In this document: piece by piece, positions 9,775-23,557 of the stretch
Numbering within the stretch: position 1 is the stretch's first letter
Layout of the letters: every line of letters begins with the position of its first letter
Assembly (NCBI GenBank): GCA_046052125.1
Contig: JBJOMY010000002.1
Span: forward strand, 320,001 to 384,000
Direction: 5' to 3'
Length of the DNA: 64,000 bases
Origin: Cyanobacteriota bacterium
GTDB lineage: Bacteria > Cyanobacteriota > Cyanobacteriia > PCC-6307 > Cyanobiaceae
Notes under the pieces: model-generated
Database searches by the model: none
Told to the model about the DNA's origin: nothing
What the model saw: only the letters and a program-made list of their open reading frames with translations
Position numbers and translations under genes: made by a program

Positions 9775-11144
9775 ACTCCGTTGGAGATAGTTTGAAAATC
9801 AATTGCATCAATGCAGGCACCTGCTAGGCCGTAGCGAACTCTGCTTGACAGAACTTTTAGGATAACCGCGTCTTCAACCCAATGGTGTTGAATATTTTCA
9901 TTAAGATCTCCATCTGCTACAGACGCCATTAGTGTGTATTCTCCAGCTGGTAGCGCTGGCATCCGTAAGCTAAAGGAAGCGATGAGTTCGTCGCCTGGCG
10001 CAGCCGGGTGAATCGAATCAGGATTCTCTGCAAATAATGTATTTTCTCCAAATAAGTCTTGGCCTAGTCTGTCTTTGACTATAAAACCGAGGATTGGCTT
10101 GCTTATTGTTTTGTTGGCTAATGCATGAACAATAATCTTGACTTGCTCCCCTCCGCAAAAAATATTAGAAGGCAATCCACTGGTGTCTTGTTCTATTCTT
10201 ACCCCAACTAGGTCAGCATCGCCTGTCTTCCATCCCTTGGCTTCACTCAAATTGTCTTCCCATTGACATGTTGTCGAGTAGTCGATGCAACCATGGGTCT
10301 TCCTGCTCCAATCTTGCGGATTATCTACGGCTGCCAAAGTATTGGCGTCTTCGTCTACATTATTCTTGCCCAAAGCATAAAGCTTCACTTCTTCTCCATA
10401 ACTTGTCGCTTGGCAAAAACGGAGATAGTCAAGAACTACCTCCTTGCAGTTTCCAGTTCCGAGGGCTTGTCCTCTGGATAGCCATAGGGCATGACTGCAA
10501 AGGCTTTTGACTGCTTCAGAGTCATGGCTGACAAACAGGAGGCAGCGCTCTTCGCGCATTTTGCGTATAAAACGCATACACCGCTGAACAAATACTGCAT
10601 CTCCAACAGCTAACGCTTCATCTACAACCAGTATGTCTGCATTAACGTGGGCGATGACGGCAAAAGCCAACCTGACTGCCATGCCGCTTGAGTATGCTTT
10701 AACGGGCTGACGAATGAAGTCGCCAATATCTGCGAAGGAAAGAATATCATCCAGCCTTGCATCTGTTTCTTGTTTGCTCAACCCCAGCATCGAAGCATTC
10801 AAGTATACATTCTCGATGCCCGTGAATTCCGGGTTGAAACCGCTGCCCAGCTCCAGCAGGGCAGCGATGCGTCCATTGGTTTGGATGCTTCCTTCCGTGG
10901 GGGTTAGGGTGCCGCAGATCAATTGCAGCAGAGTGCTTTTGCCGCTGCCGTTTCTGCCGATGATGCCCAGGCTTTCGCCCCTTTTTACTTCAAAATCTAC
11001 ATTCCGCAGAGCCCAGAATTCGCTGAAATATTGCCGGCGCCCCCGCCATAATGCCTGTTTCAGCCGAGCATTTGGATTGTCATAAATCCGGTAGCATTTA
11101 CCTAGGTCGTGGCACTGTATTACAGGATCGAGATTGTTTGCCAT
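9771..11144 (-). CDS. wzt: Polysaccharide ABC exporter ATP-binding subunit with C-terminal carbohydrate-binding domain
   Basis: Walker A GRNGSGKST, YSSGM signature, ILVVDEALAVGD, about 200-aa C-terminal extension. Confidence 0.93.
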   Translation of the reverse strand: MANNLDPVIQCHDLGKCYRIYDNPNARLKQALWRGRRQYFSEFWALRNVDFEVKRGESLGIIGRNGSGKSTLLQLICGTLTPTEGSIQTNGRIAALLELGSGFNPEFTGIENVYLNASMLGLSKQETDARLDDILSFADIGDFIRQPVKAYSSGMAVRLAFAVIAHVNADILVVDEALAVGDAVFVQRCMRFIRKMREERCLLFVSHDSEAVKSLCSHALWLSRGQALGTGNCKEVVLDYLRFCQATSYGEEVKLYALGKNNVDEDANTLAAVDNPQDWSRKTHGCIDYSTTCQWEDNLSEAKGWKTGDADLVGVRIEQDTSGLPSNIFCGGEQVKIIVHALANKTISKPILGFIVKDRLGQDLFGENTLFAENPDSIHPAAPGDELIASFSLRMPALPAGEYTLMASVADGDLNENIQHHWVEDAVILKVLSSRVRYGLAGACIDAIDFQTISNGV

Positions 11145-11151
11145 GGCTGCT

Positions 11152-11964
11152 TCAGAGAACATCGGCGAAGGCTCGCTTCGACCGCCGGAACAGGCGGAAA
11201 GTCAGCTCGCAGGCAACGACGCTGATCAATAGCCCCAGGATTACATAGGCGGGTTGCGGGCTCAGACCCTGCACGCTCACGCGGCGGGTCTGTTCGATCA
11301 CCTGGGCGATCGGATTCAGGCCCAGTAGCGGCTGCCAGCGCGCTGGCAGAGCGGATGTTGGAAAAAAAATCGGGCTCATAAACATCAGCATGTTCAAGCC
11401 CACACTGATCAACTGGCCGATATCGCGGACGAACACACCAGCGGCTGAAAGAAGCCAGGTGCAGGCGAGGGAGCCCAGAAGCAACGGCATCCAAACCAGT
11501 GGCAGCCACAGCAGCGTGATCGGTAAACCACGGAAAGCAATTAGCTCGAAAACCAAGAGTATCAACACACTGGTGAATGCATGAAAGCTGGCACTGCCTA
11601 CCGCCACGCACCCCAGAACCTCCAGTGGAAAGACAACTTTCTTCACGTAGTTTGGATTACTCACCACCAAGTCTGGCGCTCGGCTCACACATTCGCCGAA
11701 CAGATTGAAGACAATCAGGCCAGCAAACAGATTCACCGCAAATCCGAATGGCCCAGCTTGTTCGAGGCCGCCCCAGCGCGCTTTGAATACCTGTGAAAAT
11801 ACGAAGGTGTACACCGCCAGCATCGCCAGCGGAGTGATGAAGCTCCAACCAATTCCCAGCGCTGAGCCCCGGTAGCGCCCCAGTACTTCGCGCTCTGTGA
11901 GCCGCCACCACAACTCACGGTGCTGCCAGAGGCTGTGGGGAAAGCGCAAGACGTGATGCATCAC
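11152..11964 (-). CDS. wzm: Polysaccharide ABC exporter permease
   Basis: RYRGSALGIGWSFITP, NPNYVKKVVFP, SPIFFP; directly upstream of wzt. Confidence 0.93.
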   Translation of the reverse strand: MMHHVLRFPHSLWQHRELWWRLTEREVLGRYRGSALGIGWSFITPLAMLAVYTFVFSQVFKARWGGLEQAGPFGFAVNLFAGLIVFNLFGECVSRAPDLVVSNPNYVKKVVFPLEVLGCVAVGSASFHAFTSVLILLVFELIAFRGLPITLLWLPLVWMPLLLGSLACTWLLSAAGVFVRDIGQLISVGLNMLMFMSPIFFPTSALPARWQPLLGLNPIAQVIEQTRRVSVQGLSPQPAYVILGLLISVVACELTFRLFRRSKRAFADVL

Positions 11965-11970
11965 TTGTGA

Positions 11971-14841
11971 TCAAGCCGACTGAGCTGCCGCTGCCGGTTG
12001 GAACATAAACATCGAATAAATAACATTCCTGCGCATCTGCGTCATCATCTCCAGAAACATGTCGTACCCCTCATTCTTGTATTCGATCAGCGGATCCTTC
12101 TGCCCGTATCCGCGTAGGCCAACCGATTCGCGCAGGGCATCCATCGCCTGCAGATGCTCGCGCCAGAGGGTATCGATCTGCTGCAGGATGAAGAAGCGTT
12201 CGGCTTCCCGCATCAAGCCTGGGCGTTGCTGCTCGATCTGTCCCTCCTTGATGTCGTAGGCGTTGCGCAGCTGCTCCTGAAGGAAGGCCTTGAGCTCCTC
12301 CACCGACAGGCCACGCAGCTGCTCCGGCTTGAGATCTTCCAGCAGATAGACAAATTCCTGCACTTTGCTCACCAGACGACCCAGATCCCACTCTTCGGGC
12401 GGCAGATCAGGATTCACATAGGCCTCCACGATGTCGTCCATCGTGCGCTCGCCGTAGCCCACCACCTGTTGCTTGAGCTCTCTGCCTTCAAGTACACGCC
12501 GGCGCTCGGCATACACGGCCTTGCGCTGGTTGTTCATCACTTCGTCGTACTCGAACACCTGCTTGCGGATGTCGTAGTAATAGGTTTCCACCTTCTTCTG
12601 GGCGCCTTCGAGTGAGCGGGTGAGCATGCCTGATTCGATCGGCATGTCTTCCTCCACGCGGAAAGCATTCATCAGACCGGCCACGCGGTCGCCGCCGAAG
12701 ATGCGCAGCAGGTTGTCTTCCAGGGAGAGGAAGAAGCGGGTGGAGCCGGGGTCGCCCTGGCGTCCGGCGCGTCCGCGCAGCTGGTTGTCAACGCGGCGGG
12801 ATTCATGGCGTTCAGTACCGATCACGTGCAGCCCGCCGGCCTCGCGTACCTTTTGATCTTCGGTTTGGGTGACTGCTTCGTATTCGGTTTTGACTCGTGC
12901 GATTAGGTTGCGCAGGGCTTGCACCTGCGGGTCGCTTGTGGGTGCCTTCTCAGCCGCCTGAGCGATCCGATCCTCCAGCTCCAGCACCGTGAGTTGGCGG
13001 TCACCCCAGGCCTTCACCAGATCATGGGCCAACTCCGACAGCGACTGTTCGGTGGCGTCGCTGAGCGCGCAGGGGTAGAGCGCACCGATTGCTCGTGCTT
13101 CCGACGGGGCTTTGGTTGCTGCTTGTGACGAGGCTGCTCCGAAGCCGGGAGCGGCTTCCGGTGCTCGCTGCAACGGCACCGGTGGTTTGTGACCCTCTTC
13201 CGGCCGAACCAGGCGCGGCAGCAGCACCTCCCGCAGCTTGAGGCGGGCCATGTAATCGGCGTTGCCGCCCAGGATGATGTCGGTTCCGCGGCCGGCCATG
13301 TTGGTCGCGATGGTCACGGCGCCGGCTCGGCCCGCCTGGGCCACAATCTCGGCTTCCCGCTCCACGTTTTCCGGCTTGGCGTTGAGCAGGTTGTGGGGGA
13401 TCTGCTGCTCGGCGAGGAGCGCGCTCAGCAGTTCGGATTTCTCCACGCTGGTGGTGCCCACCAGCACCGGCCGGCCGGTTTTGTGCACTTCAGCCGTTTC
13501 CAGGGCCACGGCGCGCCACTTCGCCGCTTCGTTTTTGTACACCTGATCGGTCCAGTCGGCGCGGGAGCGCACGCGGTTGGTGGGAACGATCGTGACCTCG
13601 AGCTTGTAGGTCTTCTCGAATTCCACCTCTTCCGTTTTGGCGGTACCGGTCATCCCCGCCAGGCGCGGATAGAGCAGGAAGAAGTTTTGGTAGGTGATCG
13701 AGGCCAGCGTTTGCGTTTCGGGCTGGATCGGCAGGCCCTCTTTGGCCTCGATCGCCTGGTGCTGGCCATCGCTCCAGCGCCGGCCCGGCATCACCCGGCC
13801 GGTGAACTCATCCACGATCACCGCATCGCCACCACGCACGATGTAGTTCACGTCCTTGATGAACAGCTCCTTGGCCTTCAGGGCGTTGTTGATGTAGTGC
13901 GCCCAGGGGTCGGCCGGATCGAACAGGTCGCTCACGCCCAGGAGTTGTTCGGCCTTGGCGTAGCCCTCATCAGTGAGGGTGCAGTTGCGCTGCTTCTCAT
14001 CCACCTCGTAGTCGCCCTCGGGGTCGATGCCGTCCTTGCCGAGCTCAGCGGCGCGCACCAGCGCATTGGCCACCTCGGCGGCCTTCTGATACTTCTCCTG
14101 CGGGCGTTCCACCTGGCCGGAGATGATCAGCGGTGTGCGGGCCTCGTCGATCAGGATCGAATCCACCTCATCGATCACGCAGTAGTGGAAGTCGCGCTGC
14201 ACCACCTCGGCGATGTCCGCCGCCATGTTGTCGCGCAGGTAATCGAAACCCAGCTCTGAGTTGGTGGCATAGGTGATGTCGCAGCCATAGTTCTGGCGGC
14301 GGGTGGCGGGATCCATGTCTTGCTGGATCAGGCCCACCGACAGCCCCAGGAAGCGATGCACCTGACCCATCCACTCGGCATCGCGCCGGGCGAGATAGTC
14401 GTTCACCGTGACCACGTGCACCCCCCGGCCGGTGAGGGCATTGAGGTAGGCGGGCAGGGTGGCCACCAGTGTTTTGCCCTCGCCGGTTTTCATCTCGGCG
14501 ATCTGGCCGTCGTGCAGCACCATGCCGCCGATCAGCTGTACATCGAAGTGGCGCATCCCCAGCACACGCTTGCCGGCTTCGCGCACCACGGCGAAGGCCT
14601 GGGGTAGCAGCTCATCGAGCAGCTTTCGCTCCCGCTCGAGCGTGGTTTCGATGCTCAGGCCACGGTTTTTGCATTCCAGCTGCAGAGCGGCGAGCTTGCC
14701 CTGGAATTCCGCCGTTAGGCCCCGCAGCTCCTCGTCTGAGAGGGGAGCCACCTCCTCTTCGAGCAGGTTGATATCGGAAACGATCGGCTGGTAGCGCTTC
14801 AGCTTGCGGGCATTGGGGTCACCCAGCAGCAGCTTGAGCAT
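11971..14841 (-). CDS. secA: Preprotein translocase ATPase SecA
   Basis: [58 protein letters not shown]. Confidence 0.99.
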   Translation of the reverse strand: MLKLLLGDPNARKLKRYQPIVSDINLLEEEVAPLSDEELRGLTAEFQGKLAALQLECKNRGLSIETTLERERKLLDELLPQAFAVVREAGKRVLGMRHFDVQLIGGMVLHDGQIAEMKTGEGKTLVATLPAYLNALTGRGVHVVTVNDYLARRDAEWMGQVHRFLGLSVGLIQQDMDPATRRQNYGCDITYATNSELGFDYLRDNMAADIAEVVQRDFHYCVIDEVDSILIDEARTPLIISGQVERPQEKYQKAAEVANALVRAAELGKDGIDPEGDYEVDEKQRNCTLTDEGYAKAEQLLGVSDLFDPADPWAHYINNALKAKELFIKDVNYIVRGGDAVIVDEFTGRVMPGRRWSDGQHQAIEAKEGLPIQPETQTLASITYQNFFLLYPRLAGMTGTAKTEEVEFEKTYKLEVTIVPTNRVRSRADWTDQVYKNEAAKWRAVALETAEVHKTGRPVLVGTTSVEKSELLSALLAEQQIPHNLLNAKPENVEREAEIVAQAGRAGAVTIATNMAGRGTDIILGGNADYMARLKLREVLLPRLVRPEEGHKPPVPLQRAPEAAPGFGAASSQAATKAPSEARAIGALYPCALSDATEQSLSELAHDLVKAWGDRQLTVLELEDRIAQAAEKAPTSDPQVQALRNLIARVKTEYEAVTQTEDQKVREAGGLHVIGTERHESRRVDNQLRGRAGRQGDPGSTRFFLSLEDNLLRIFGGDRVAGLMNAFRVEEDMPIESGMLTRSLEGAQKKVETYYYDIRKQVFEYDEVMNNQRKAVYAERRRVLEGRELKQQVVGYGERTMDDIVEAYVNPDLPPEEWDLGRLVSKVQEFVYLLEDLKPEQLRGLSVEELKAFLQEQLRNAYDIKEGQIEQQRPGLMREAERFFILQQIDTLWREHLQAMDALRESVGLRGYGQKDPLIEYKNEGYDMFLEMMTQMRRNVIYSMFMFQPAAAAQSA

Positions 14842-14906
14842 CGAAGCAGGCGGGCCAGCACTCAAGGCAGCTTACCGGTTGCCTCGGGTGGACTGAGCGA
14901 GCCTAC

Positions 14907-15665
14907 TCAGCTTGTGATGCCGGGGTTGTCGCCGAGAAATTCGAGGATCTCCCGGTCTTTCAGGTTTTGTGCCTCGCCCCGGCAGGGCTCCAGTAGTGGG
15001 CGGCCAGCCGCCAGCTCCCGCAGGCACGTCTGGGTGCGGGCCAGTTCGCCCTCGAGGCTGTCGATCCGCTCCATCAGGTTGCGGATCACCCGCGCTTCCG
15101 CATCCGGCAGGGCTGAGTGGGCCAGGGGATCCACGCGCACGCCGCTCTGGTGCACCACGCGGCCGGGCACCCCCACCACCGTGCTGTCGGCCTCCACATC
15201 ACGCAGCACCACCGAGCCCGCTCCGATGCGGGTGTTGGCCCCCACCGTGATCGCGCCGAGCACCTTGGCGCCGGCCCCCACCACCACGTTTTCCTCCAGC
15301 GTGGGGTGACGCTTGCCGTGGGCCTTACCCGTACCCCCCAGGGTGACGCCTTGGTAGAGCAGGCAGTGGTTGCCGATCACGGCCGTTTCGCCCACAACCA
15401 TGCCCATGCCGTGGTCGATGAATACCCCGTGGCCGATACGGGCACCGGGATGGATCTCGATGCCGGTGAGCCAGCGCCCCAGCTGACTGAGCAGCCGTGC
15501 CAGCAGTGGTGCCAGCGGACCCTGCAGCCGCCAGAGCCCGTGGCTGATCCGATGCAGGCTGAGCGCATGCAGGCCCGGATAGCAGAGCAGGATTTCCAGC
15601 GTGCCCCGGGCCGCCGGATCGCGCTCCTTGATGATCGCCAGATCGGCGCGCAGGGCTTTCAGCAT
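14907..15665 (-). CDS. cysE: Serine O-acetyltransferase
   Basis: [37 protein letters not shown] hexapeptide repeats. Confidence 0.97.
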   Translation of the reverse strand: MLKALRADLAIIKERDPAARGTLEILLCYPGLHALSLHRISHGLWRLQGPLAPLLARLLSQLGRWLTGIEIHPGARIGHGVFIDHGMGMVVGETAVIGNHCLLYQGVTLGGTGKAHGKRHPTLEENVVVGAGAKVLGAITVGANTRIGAGSVVLRDVEADSTVVGVPGRVVHQSGVRVDPLAHSALPDAEARVIRNLMERIDSLEGELARTQTCLRELAAGRPLLEPCRGEAQNLKDREILEFLGDNPGITS

Positions 15666-15755
15666 CCGCCCATCCTGCCGAAGCTGCCCATCGTTTGACC
15701 GAGGGGCACCCGATCGTGCATGATCGTTCGGTCGGCGGCTGAAGCCACGACGCCT

Positions 15756-15827
15756 GCGGATGTAGCTCAGTGGTAGAGCATCTCCTTGCCAAGGAGAGGG
15801 TCGAGAGTTCGAATCTCTTCATCCGCT
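15756..15827 (+). tRNA. tRNA-Gly (GCC); CCA not encoded
   Basis: Acceptor stem GCGGATG/CATCCGC, D-arm TAGCTCAGTGGTAGAGC, anticodon arm TCTCC-TTGCCAA-GGAGA, T-loop GTTCGAAT. Confidence 0.97.
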
Positions 15828-15875
15828 TGTGAAATCTTCAACCTGAATTGGACGAGGTAACTTTGTTCTTGTCCC

Positions 15876-16862
15876 TCAGGCCTCCAGCCCGATCTCTTTG
15901 CGTAGCAAATTGATGGTGCTCGTCCCTAAGTAGCTCTGGGCGCAGTGAACCTGCGGCATCCGCATCAGCTGGGTGCGGTTCTGACGCAGGCATTGTTCGA
16001 TCAGCGGTAGGCTGGGGCGATCGCAGAGCACGTGGCTGGCGGCCCGCAGCAGTGCCAGCAGTCGACTGTTCAAGTCCGGTGTGGCGGTCATCAACAGCAG
16101 TTCGCTGCCGCGCATGCTGTGCAGAATCACCTCAGCCGCCCGCAGGATGCCAGGGCTGATGCTCACCAGGCCCACGCAGCTGCCTGCCTTGAGGTCTTTG
16201 AGTAGGTCGAGCTCGTGGCGGAAGTCGTTGAGGTCCACCGGCACGGCGCGCACGCTGTGGCGTTTGGCAATCTCTTCCACCGGCTGGAGGAAGTAGCGGC
16301 TGGTGACCACCGTGCCGTTGTTGGAGGTTTCCAGTACCGCCTCCAGCTCTTCCATCGGCACCACCTCCACTGGTACCTGCAAGTGCGGTGCCAGCTCCTC
16401 AGAGATCAGCATCGAGGCGCCGATGTCTTCTCTCGGGGTGCTCACGAGCACGCGGGCGCCGCAACGCAGGCGCCAGTCGATTTCGCGGGTGAGCAGATCG
16501 CGGGCCTGTTGCAGCGTGCAGCCGGCATTGAGAAGTCCATCGACGCTCTGACGCACTTCCCGGTCGATGTCCGGCAGGTGCCGGCCGCGTGGGCCTGGCG
16601 GCGGTTTGATCTCCCGGGGGTTCTGCTGGTCGCGCACGTAGATGCCGGAGCCGGCCATGGCTTCCACCACGCCGTCGTTTTCCAGCTGGCGATACACCTT
16701 GCTGATCGTGTTGCGGTGCAGTCCCGTCTGCATCGCCAGTTGCCGCGTGCTCGGCAGCCTGTGCCCGGGCGGGTAATGCCGCGCTGCGATGGCAAACACG
16801 ATCTGGTTGTACAGCTGGCTCGACGCCGGGATGTCGCTGTCCTGCTGAATGTGGAACCGCAA
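15876..16862 (-). CDS. GntR-family transcriptional regulator, cyanobacterial PlmA type
   Basis: RLPSTRQLAMQTGLHRNTISKVYRQLE winged HTH. Probable TTG start at 16862 (ORF track 16925). Confidence 0.9.
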   Translation of the reverse strand: MRFHIQQDSDIPASSQLYNQIVFAIAARHYPPGHRLPSTRQLAMQTGLHRNTISKVYRQLENDGVVEAMAGSGIYVRDQQNPREIKPPPGPRGRHLPDIDREVRQSVDGLLNAGCTLQQARDLLTREIDWRLRCGARVLVSTPREDIGASMLISEELAPHLQVPVEVVPMEELEAVLETSNNGTVVTSRYFLQPVEEIAKRHSVRAVPVDLNDFRHELDLLKDLKAGSCVGLVSISPGILRAAEVILHSMRGSELLLMTATPDLNSRLLALLRAASHVLCDRPSLPLIEQCLRQNRTQLMRMPQVHCAQSYLGTSTINLLRKEIGLEA

Positions 16863-17096
16863 ACCGGATTGGCACAACGCTGCGGGGCCACCATACGGAG
16901 CTTTGGCCCCGGTGACAATTGCCATCCCGGCATAAGTGCTTGTGCCAGTGGTTCGTGCGGGGCTGAGGGCCGGGAGTGGCGAATCCCGAGGCCCTGATCA
17001 GACCCGTCCAACGTCCTGCTTTGTCCCTTGCTCGCGCCTGCCATCGAGCTGCGTTCTGGATTGCGGGCTCTTGGGGCAGCTTGGGTGGACGTTTCG

Positions 17097-17139
17097 CGCT
17101 GTCCAGAGTCCTGTACAAACCGTACGGATCTCTGAATGC
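17097..17139. repeat. Dispersed intergenic palindrome, copy 1 of 4
   Basis: CGCTGTCCAGAGTCCT-GTAC-AAACC-GTAC-GGATCTCTGAATGC. Confidence 0.75.
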
Positions 17140-17232
17140 TTCGGCAAGGCTTGTCCCACGCCCATGGGTCACCCCGGCCTGATCACTCGGTAGGGGCTGT
17201 CAGGCTGGTGGAACGGAGTTGGCAGCTGCGAT

Positions 17233-17970
17233 TTGACAATCCAGGCCGAATGGGTGCAGGTGCGTACGCCCGAGGGTGTGATGCCTGCCTGGTGGGCGCG
17301 GCCGGCTGCGCCGCGAGCGGCTGTGCTGTTGCTGCCGGAAGTGTTTGGGGTGAATCCCTGGGTGCGCAGCGTGGCAGATCGATTGGCGCAGGAGGGCTAT
17401 GCCGCCCTCGCCATCAGCACCTTTTGGCGCACGGCGCCCCAGCTGGAGGCCGCCTACGACGAAGCCGGTCTGGCCTTAGGCCGTGAGCACCGCGATCAGG
17501 TTCGGGCCGATCAACTGCTAACCGATGTGACAGCTGCTGCCGCATGGATGCAGCAACACCACAGCGTTAATGGCCTGGGCTCAAAGCCGCTCGGTTGCGT
17601 GGGCTTTTGCTTCGGTGGCCAACTGGCGATGCTCGCCGCCACCCTGCCGCTGATCGCCGCAACCTGTGATTTCTACGGCGCTCGCGTGTCCACCGATCGC
17701 CCCGGTGGTGGTCCACCCACCCTGGCGGATGTGCCGCAGATTCCCGGCAGGTTGTTGTGCTTTTGCGGAGATCAGGATCCGCTGATGCCGCCTGAGGAGC
17801 TCAGTGCCATTGAGCGAGCTCTAGCCGCCGTGCCGGGTGGGCGCCATCGTTTCCTGAAGGCTCCAGGGGCAGGCCACGGCTACATGTGCGAAGCCCGCGC
17901 CGATTTCAGCCCTGAAGCGTCAGCCGCCGGTTGGGCGGCGATGTTGGGGTTGTTCGGCGAAGCGCTTTGA
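17233..17970 (+). CDS. Dienelactone hydrolase family protein
   Basis: EVFGVN, GFCFGG nucleophile elbow, GHGYMC. Confidence 0.93.
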   Translation: MTIQAEWVQVRTPEGVMPAWWARPAAPRAAVLLLPEVFGVNPWVRSVADRLAQEGYAALAISTFWRTAPQLEAAYDEAGLALGREHRDQVRADQLLTDVTAAAAWMQQHHSVNGLGSKPLGCVGFCFGGQLAMLAATLPLIAATCDFYGARVSTDRPGGGPPTLADVPQIPGRLLCFCGDQDPLMPPEELSAIERALAAVPGGRHRFLKAPGAGHGYMCEARADFSPEASAAGWAAMLGLFGEAL

Positions 17971-17995
17971 AGGTGGCGACGCCACCCAGCGGCCC

Positions 17996-18643
17996 TTAGC
18001 CCTCGCCCGCAGCGGCAGCAGCCTGTTGGCGAGGAGTTTCGATCGTGCGCACGGCCTTGCTGGCGGCGGCTTCGGCTTCCTTTTCCTTGGCCAGCGGCGT
18101 TTTACGCGGCGTGAGGAACATGATCATGTTGCGGCCCTCGCGCTTGGGATCCTGCTGGATCTCGGCCTTTTCCTCGAGGTCCTTAGCCATGCGCTTGAGC
18201 AGCTGTTCGGCCAGGGCAGTGTGCTGGATCTCGCGGCCGCGAAAGATCACGGTGCACTTCACCTTGTCGCCAGCCTTGAGGAAGCGGGAAGCCTGGCCGA
18301 TGCGGACATCGTAATCGTGCTGGTCAATTTTGTAGCGCATCTTCACCTCTTTGACTTCGGTTTGATGCGACTTTTTCTTGGCTTCTTTGGCCTTCTTTTC
18401 CTGCTCGAATTTGAACTTGCCGTAGTCCATGATCCGGCACACCGGCGGATCAGCCTTCTCGCTCACCAGCACGAGGTCGAGCTCGCGGTCTTTCGCTACC
18501 TCGAGGGCCGCCTCCCGCGTAATCACCCCCAGCTGACTGCCGTCTGCATCCACCACCCGGAGCTGGGGGTAAGCGATGCGGTCGTTGATGTTGGGGAGCT
18601 CCCGTACGGGAGCGCGGCGGTCAAAACGGGGACGGGGTGGCAT
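17996..18643 (-). CDS. infC: Translation initiation factor IF-3
   Basis: [33 protein letters not shown]. Confidence 0.98.
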   Translation of the reverse strand: MPPRPRFDRRAPVRELPNINDRIAYPQLRVVDADGSQLGVITREAALEVAKDRELDLVLVSEKADPPVCRIMDYGKFKFEQEKKAKEAKKKSHQTEVKEVKMRYKIDQHDYDVRIGQASRFLKAGDKVKCTVIFRGREIQHTALAEQLLKRMAKDLEEKAEIQQDPKREGRNMIMFLTPRKTPLAKEKEAEAAASKAVRTIETPRQQAAAAAGEG

Positions 18644-18688
18644 TCAGGCGGGCGAGAGGACGAAAAGAAAACAGTGACTGTTCATCCT

Positions 18689-21782
<3,094 letters not shown>

Positions 21783-21783
<1 letters not shown>

Positions 21784-22115
21784 TGAGCGGTGTTCACGCA
21801 CCCTCAGCGATGCCGCGCGTGGCGGCCTGGCGTTGGGGCGCTCTGTTGGCCTTTGCCCTGTTCGCCCCTGTGAGCCTGCCGGCGGGTGGCCCCGATCGCC
21901 GCGCCCTGGAGTTGCGCCGCCGCAGCGCTGGTGATCCGCTCCTGAGTACCGGCGGATTAGCTCTGCAGTGTTCCCCTGAGCAGCAGGCTCCGGTGCTGGC
22001 TGAATTAGGTGCCGATCAGCCCCTGCGGGTGTTGCGTAGCTGGCGCACTGGCGGTGGCGAGCAGTGGCTGCAGGTTGAAACCGCTGAACGGCGGGGTTGG
22101 CTGGCGGTGGCCTGA
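21783..22115 (+). CDS. Small SH3-like domain protein
   Basis: Signal-like N-terminus, WLQVE...RRGW; tightly coupled between gyrB and crcB. Confidence 0.7.
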
Positions 22116-22119
22116 ACCG

Positions 22120-22482
22120 ATGCGCGATGTGTTGTTGGTGTCGATCGGGGCCATCCCTGGCGCCTGGTTGCGCTTTCGCCTGGTGAACCACTTCGAGCCG
22201 CTGGTGCCCCGCAAGCACTGGGCCACGTTCGGCGTGAACATCACGGCCTGTTTCGCTCTCGGGTTGATCGCGGCCCTGGCTGGCCGTTGCGGCCCCGACC
22301 ATCAGATCAGTTTGCTGCTGGCCACAGGCTTCCTGGGCAGCCTCAGCACCTTCTCCACCTTCATCGTGGAGCTGCTTCAGTCCTGGATGGCTGGCCTGCG
22401 CCGCCAGACCGTGTGGCTGATGCTGGGCTCCGTGCTCACAGGCTTACTTGCTGTCGTGGCGGGGATGGTGATCGGTGGCTGA
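22120..22482 (+). CDS. crcB: Fluoride channel Fluc/CrcB, paralog 1
   Basis: GAIPGAWLR, TFGVN, GFLGSLSTFSTF. Confidence 0.92.
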   Translation: MRDVLLVSIGAIPGAWLRFRLVNHFEPLVPRKHWATFGVNITACFALGLIAALAGRCGPDHQISLLLATGFLGSLSTFSTFIVELLQSWMAGLRRQTVWLMLGSVLTGLLAVVAGMVIGG

Positions 22483-22891
22483 TCCACTTCAGGGGCGCCG
22501 CCTGAGCTTTGAGCTGCGGGAACTGTTGTTGGTTGCCATCGGTGCCGTGCCCGGTGCACTGCTGCGCTGGCAGAGCGGCGTGCAGCTGGGCCCTCACCTG
22601 GGAGGCAGCGCCGGCGCCGATCTGTTGGTGAATCTGGTGGGCTCCTTTCTGCTGGGCTTTCTGGCCGGGCCGATCCCCCGCCGCACGGGTTTGGTGCTCC
22701 TGCTGGGGATTGGCTTCTGCGGCTGCCTCACCACCTTCAGCAGTTGGATGCTTGATGTGGTGAAGCTGATTCAGGCTGGCCGCCCGCTCTGGGGCCTGTT
22801 GCTGATCGTGGGCAGCCTGGTGCTTGGTTTGTTCAGTGCTGCTGGCGGCTTGGGACTGAGCCGGTTGGTGTTCCGCCGCGAGCCTGCCTAA
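22475..22891 (+). CDS. crcB: Fluoride channel Fluc/CrcB, paralog 2
   Basis: GAVPGALLR, LVNLVGSFLLG, GFCGCLTTFSSW. Confidence 0.92.
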   Translation: MADPLQGRRLSFELRELLLVAIGAVPGALLRWQSGVQLGPHLGGSAGADLLVNLVGSFLLGFLAGPIPRRTGLVLLLGIGFCGCLTTFSSWMLDVVKLIQAGRPLWGLLLIVGSLVLGLFSAAGGLGLSRLVFRREPA

Positions 22892-22962
22892 ACGGGCACC
22901 ACTGCTTGCCGCCTGTGCGGCTGCTTGTGACTTGTCCTGGGTATTGAGTGCCTTAGATCGGA

Positions 22963-23005
22963 CTGTCCAGAATTTCGTACAGACCGTACGTAACTCTGGA
23001 CAGCG
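22963..23005. repeat. Dispersed intergenic palindrome, copy 2 of 4 (best preserved)
   Basis: CTGTCCAGAATTTC-GTAC-AGACC-GTAC-GTAACTCTGGACAGCG; 16 of 18 arm positions complementary. Confidence 0.8.
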
Positions 23006-23015
23006 ACCAAACGAC

Positions 23016-23486
23016 TTATGCGGCCAGTGCAGCTTCGATCGCGCCCTTCAGCTCCGCCGATTCCGGTTCAACGCCGCTCTTGAAGCGGGCGATCACGGTG
23101 CCGTCTTTGCCCACCAGGAACTTTTCGAAGTTCCAAGCCACTGGGCCGGCCGGTGCGCTCTGGACCAGGGTGTCGAAGGGAGCGGCGCTGATCGCCACCT
23201 TGGCGTAGATCGGGAAGTTGACGCCATAGGTGGTGGAGCAGAACTGCTGAACCTCTTCCACAGTGCCGGGCTCCTGAGCGCCGAAGTCGTTGCAGGGGAA
23301 GGCCAGCACCGAGAAGCCCTGACTGCCGTAGGCCTCCTGTAGCGCCTGCAGGCCGGTGTACTGGCGGGTGAAGCCGCAGCGGCTGGCCACGTTCACGATC
23401 AGGCGTACCTGGCCGTCGAGTTCACCGAGGCGCTGTTGGTCGCCGGTTGCGGTGCTCACCACCACATCGCTCACGCTGACAGACAT
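23016..23486 (-). CDS. gpx: Glutathione peroxidase (Cys type)
   Basis: NVASRCGFT, AFPCNDFGAQEPG, WNFEKFLV. Confidence 0.95.
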   Translation of the reverse strand: MSVSVSDVVVSTATGDQQRLGELDGQVRLIVNVASRCGFTRQYTGLQALQEAYGSQGFSVLAFPCNDFGAQEPGTVEEVQQFCSTTYGVNFPIYAKVAISAAPFDTLVQSAPAGPVAWNFEKFLVGKDGTVIARFKSGVEPESAELKGAIEAALAA

Positions 23487-23557
23487 TGCTCGTGTTCGAG
23501 AAGGCGGGACCATAGCGACATCAGCCCATACACTCGGGTTGCCGCAGCCCCGGGGCC

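Noticed and set aside
15756..15875. tRNA-Gly as an integration site
   Set aside because: No integrase, no duplicated tRNA 3' end seen, and core genes lie on both sides.
17113..17125. GTAC-N5-GTAC core as an NtcA or LexA box
   Set aside because: The spacing is off by one for both, and the long arms and convergent-gap copies do not fit. Kept as a repeat family instead.
23016..23486. Selenocysteine in gpx, or a selenoneine pathway at egtB
   Set aside because: The active-site codon is Cys with no in-frame TGA, and no selD/senB-like genes are nearby.
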